Assembly (NCBI GenBank): GCA_964036045.1
Contig: OZ038378.1
Coordinates: 49,414,001 to 49,478,000 of the forward strand
Reading direction: 5' to 3'
From: Eutreptiella sp. 'Long Island Sound 2002'
Lineage: Eukaryota > Protista > Euglenida
Length of the DNA: 64,000 nt
Under the pieces are notes generated by a model that did no database searches, had not been told where the DNA came from, and saw only the letters and a list, made by a program, of their open reading frames with translations. Shown in pieces: positions 61,623 through 64,000 of this stretch (its first letter is position 1; every line of letters begins with the position of its first letter). Both the position numbers and the translations under genes were made by a program.

Positions 61623-62246
61623 CTACGGCATCAGTCCAAAAAACTGAACAAAAGCATTGGTCCCATGATGTATCGAGGGTCCAGATGGAACCCACGCCCC
61701 GGACCCGTGGCTAGCAACTTCAATTTGGCGGAGTAGTGTTTTTTTCTTCCGGGAAGCCTGATGCCATCTTGGATGTGCAGTAGCTTCTCTTGGCGTTCGC
61801 CGAAGGCCCCGTTTCTTCTCACCTGTGGCTGCAATTCCGGCACCAAAGCCTCCGGTAGCTCCCCGCACCTTCAGAAATTCAGTCATGGGTTGCAAGAGGG
61901 GTACAGAGGAGCGGAGCCTTTCCCCCCGATGACGTAACGAGGCATGGGGGAAACTCGGTAGGACATCTGCTACCAATGGCTTGCTCAAGTGGAAGGCGCA
62001 CACAAACCCACCTACGTGGTTGTCTTCTACGGTCTCTAACCACGTGAGGAACGCGTTGAGCACAGGGCGGGAGACTTCCGGAGTAGACCTTGGGTGGCAT
62101 GGACCTTGTTGCGCACCCAAAGTCTGAAGAGAGTAAACTGGCTCGGTAGGCTGGGGCTTCCTCTTGGGTGCCGTAAGATCTACTACAGGGGCGGGGGCTG
62201 AGGGCCTCCCGACCGGGGACAATGTGGGTGGGGGCATCTCAAGCAC
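61623..62246 (-). CDS. Hypothetical ORF (207 aa), probably TE-derived
   Basis: Open frame with a Pro-rich N-terminus; no family recognised. Confidence 0.2.
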   Translation of the reverse strand: MLEMPPPTLSPVGRPSAPAPVVDLTAPKRKPQPTEPVYSLQTLGAQQGPCHPRSTPEVSRPVLNAFLTWLETVEDNHVGGFVCAFHLSKPLVADVLPSFPHASLRHRGERLRSSVPLLQPMTEFLKVRGATGGFGAGIAATGEKKRGLRRTPREATAHPRWHQASRKKKTLLRQIEVASHGSGAWVPSGPSIHHGTNAFVQFFGLMP

Positions 62247-63720
62247 GGACCTAGGTCAACAATAACCTAGGTTTTGCTTGGGCAAGGGGGGGGTCCAAGT
62301 CATCTACCACGCCTAGACAGACCCAAACAATACAAGATAGGCCAAAACCTGTGTGTATGCCTCATGTGAAGTTTTTTTGTGTTATCGGAGTATGCAGTGA
62401 ATTCGAGTGTTGTCTTGCTTGCGTCATCGCGATCCAGGGCGTGAAAAGGCAACATTCAAAACTTGTATTGCACTGAAACAAGGTGCAAATCATTGGCAAA
62501 CGACGAGCGCCGGGCCACTCAAGCCAACGGCGGCAGCGATAACAAGGGGAACCAGGCCCATACCACGCGTCAATGCGGGGGTAGTTCGCCAGACAAAGTT
62601 TCTTTAGGGCGGTGTGTAGGACCTCCGGGACAGGAGTGCCTTGCCGAGGCAATTTTCGGGCAAGAGAAAAAAAGACTCTGGGCCACTAGCTAGTTTTGTG
62701 TGTCCAGTGCCCCAGGGTCAGCGGCTGTGGCGCGCTTCCGATCCAAAGTGTGCAGCAATTCGGTACTCTGTGATTGCAAATCGTTGATTCTAGTTTGCAG
62801 TTATGCGATCTCCGTGTTGTGCACACACCCTTGGTGCTCTAGATCCCTACGTGCCAACTGCAAGGCATCGTCCAATACCTATAGTTTTTCACAAAATTCT
62901 CCTTCTTCTTGCACTGGACAGTGGTGTTGAGGCTTGGCACTTTTGGCGACATTCACTGGAGCTGCACCTTCACTTATCGCAAATCGCTAAGCTTTGTATG
63001 TCGAAATCCCTAGGCAGTTCCCGTGGGTTTTTTCCAAATCGTTTGCGATTGCCTTTGCGTTTCCGAACCATTGCTGCCAAAACGGGGAGGACAAATCCTG
63101 TCCGGAAAAACCACTCGGGATTTACCCGGTGCCCGATGGGAATCCTCCCTAGGGATGTTGGGCCGCGCGGCTTGCCGAAGCGGGTAGCAGCACACCAAAC
63201 AAGCAGAGGAATCGCTAGAGTATATTGGAAAAGTTACATCTCCACCTATTGTCAGCTCACCCCAAAACCATTAAACCCCCCACCGCATGACTTGCCCACT
63301 CCGCCCTTCCCATCACCATTCTCATTCTCCATAGATCGTTTTTTGACCGGAGACCCCCTTAAGTGCCGGCCAGGTCCGATGAAGGTGCCTATTCGTATGG
63401 TCCTGGAGGGATGGGGGACCATGTACAGCTTTGGTGCCATTGATCACTCGCATGCACCTCTTTGTCCCCTGTCCGCCCAAACCAGCTAACTGTGAATGTA
63501 CAATGTGGGTATTTCTAGTGGGTGCTGGCGTGGGATCTACCCCAATTTCAGTTCATTGCTTGCCCCCTCATTTTTGTGCTTGGCTTTGTGCATGTTGTGC
63601 TGTGCGCGCCGGTGCAAGTAAGGATTACGTCACGGGGCATTCCGAGAAAGTTGTTTGCCCAATACATGCGCATTTTTAATCCGTTGACTCTTTTTGCGCC
63701 CCATGTTGCGCTCCAAGGTG

Positions 63721-63995
63721 CCAAATTTTGACTAGATGTCAGGTCTTGATGGGCACACAACGCAGGACGGCAAGTTTGAATATACTAGACATGTTCCATG
63801 CGAAACTCCTAGAACACTAGTCCTCGTCCGAGGGGCCCCACAGGAACTAGCCGAGAACGCCTTGTAAAGCACAACACCATTGATGCGCGTGAAGGTGCCC
63901 CCTATGGCAACACCAAGTAGTTGATGGATGGCGCCTATTTTGTCTTTTTTTCTTGTGCGTCCCTTGTTGTGCTCTTTCCCCCCCAACCCTCTCCT
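63721..63995 (+). repeat. Diverged paralog of 51122-51400 (region just downstream of the ParB-like ORF)
   Basis: Co-linear blocks CCAAATTTTG..TAGATGT.AGGTC.TGATGGGCA.ACAACGCAGGA, CCATGCGAA, GGGGCCCCA and GCA(G/A)CACCAAGTAGTTGA. Confidence 0.8.
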
Positions 63996-64000
63996 ATTTC

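Overview
This is eukaryotic genomic DNA, dominated by decayed and nested transposable elements. No rRNA, tRNA or CRISPR array was found. One clear host gene is present: a + strand kinesin (kinesin-3-like motor plus coiled coil) with nine in-phase GT-AG exons at 17786-25357. A probable distal exon lies at 57974-58121, implying about 32 kb of TE-filled intron. Upstream of the gene is a three-layer nest. A piggyBac-like transposase pseudogene (about 405-11253) is split by a 9.1-kb TIR element (1709-10802; 39-bp TIRs, 2-bp TT duplication whose removal restores the piggyBac frame). That element encodes an orphan ORF and a RAG1/Transib/Chapaev-type DDE transposase, and it carries a truncated LTR-type retroelement (gag, UGA-CGG stop, protease, Dam-like N6-adenine methyltransferase, start of RT). 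A chromodomain-BED-hAT transposase pseudogene follows. Inside the long intron, a roughly 15-kb multi-ORF block (about 41.6-56.35 kb) is bracketed by oppositely oriented arrays of an ~82-bp hairpin repeat. It contains a putative DDE-like ORF, a ParB/Srx-like ORF and paired 14-bp palindromes, and a diverged partial relative appears at the right edge of the window. All family assignments are by-eye motif recognition with no database searches run. The host taxon cannot be fixed; a protist, possibly euglenozoan, is only a weak inference from the kinesin.
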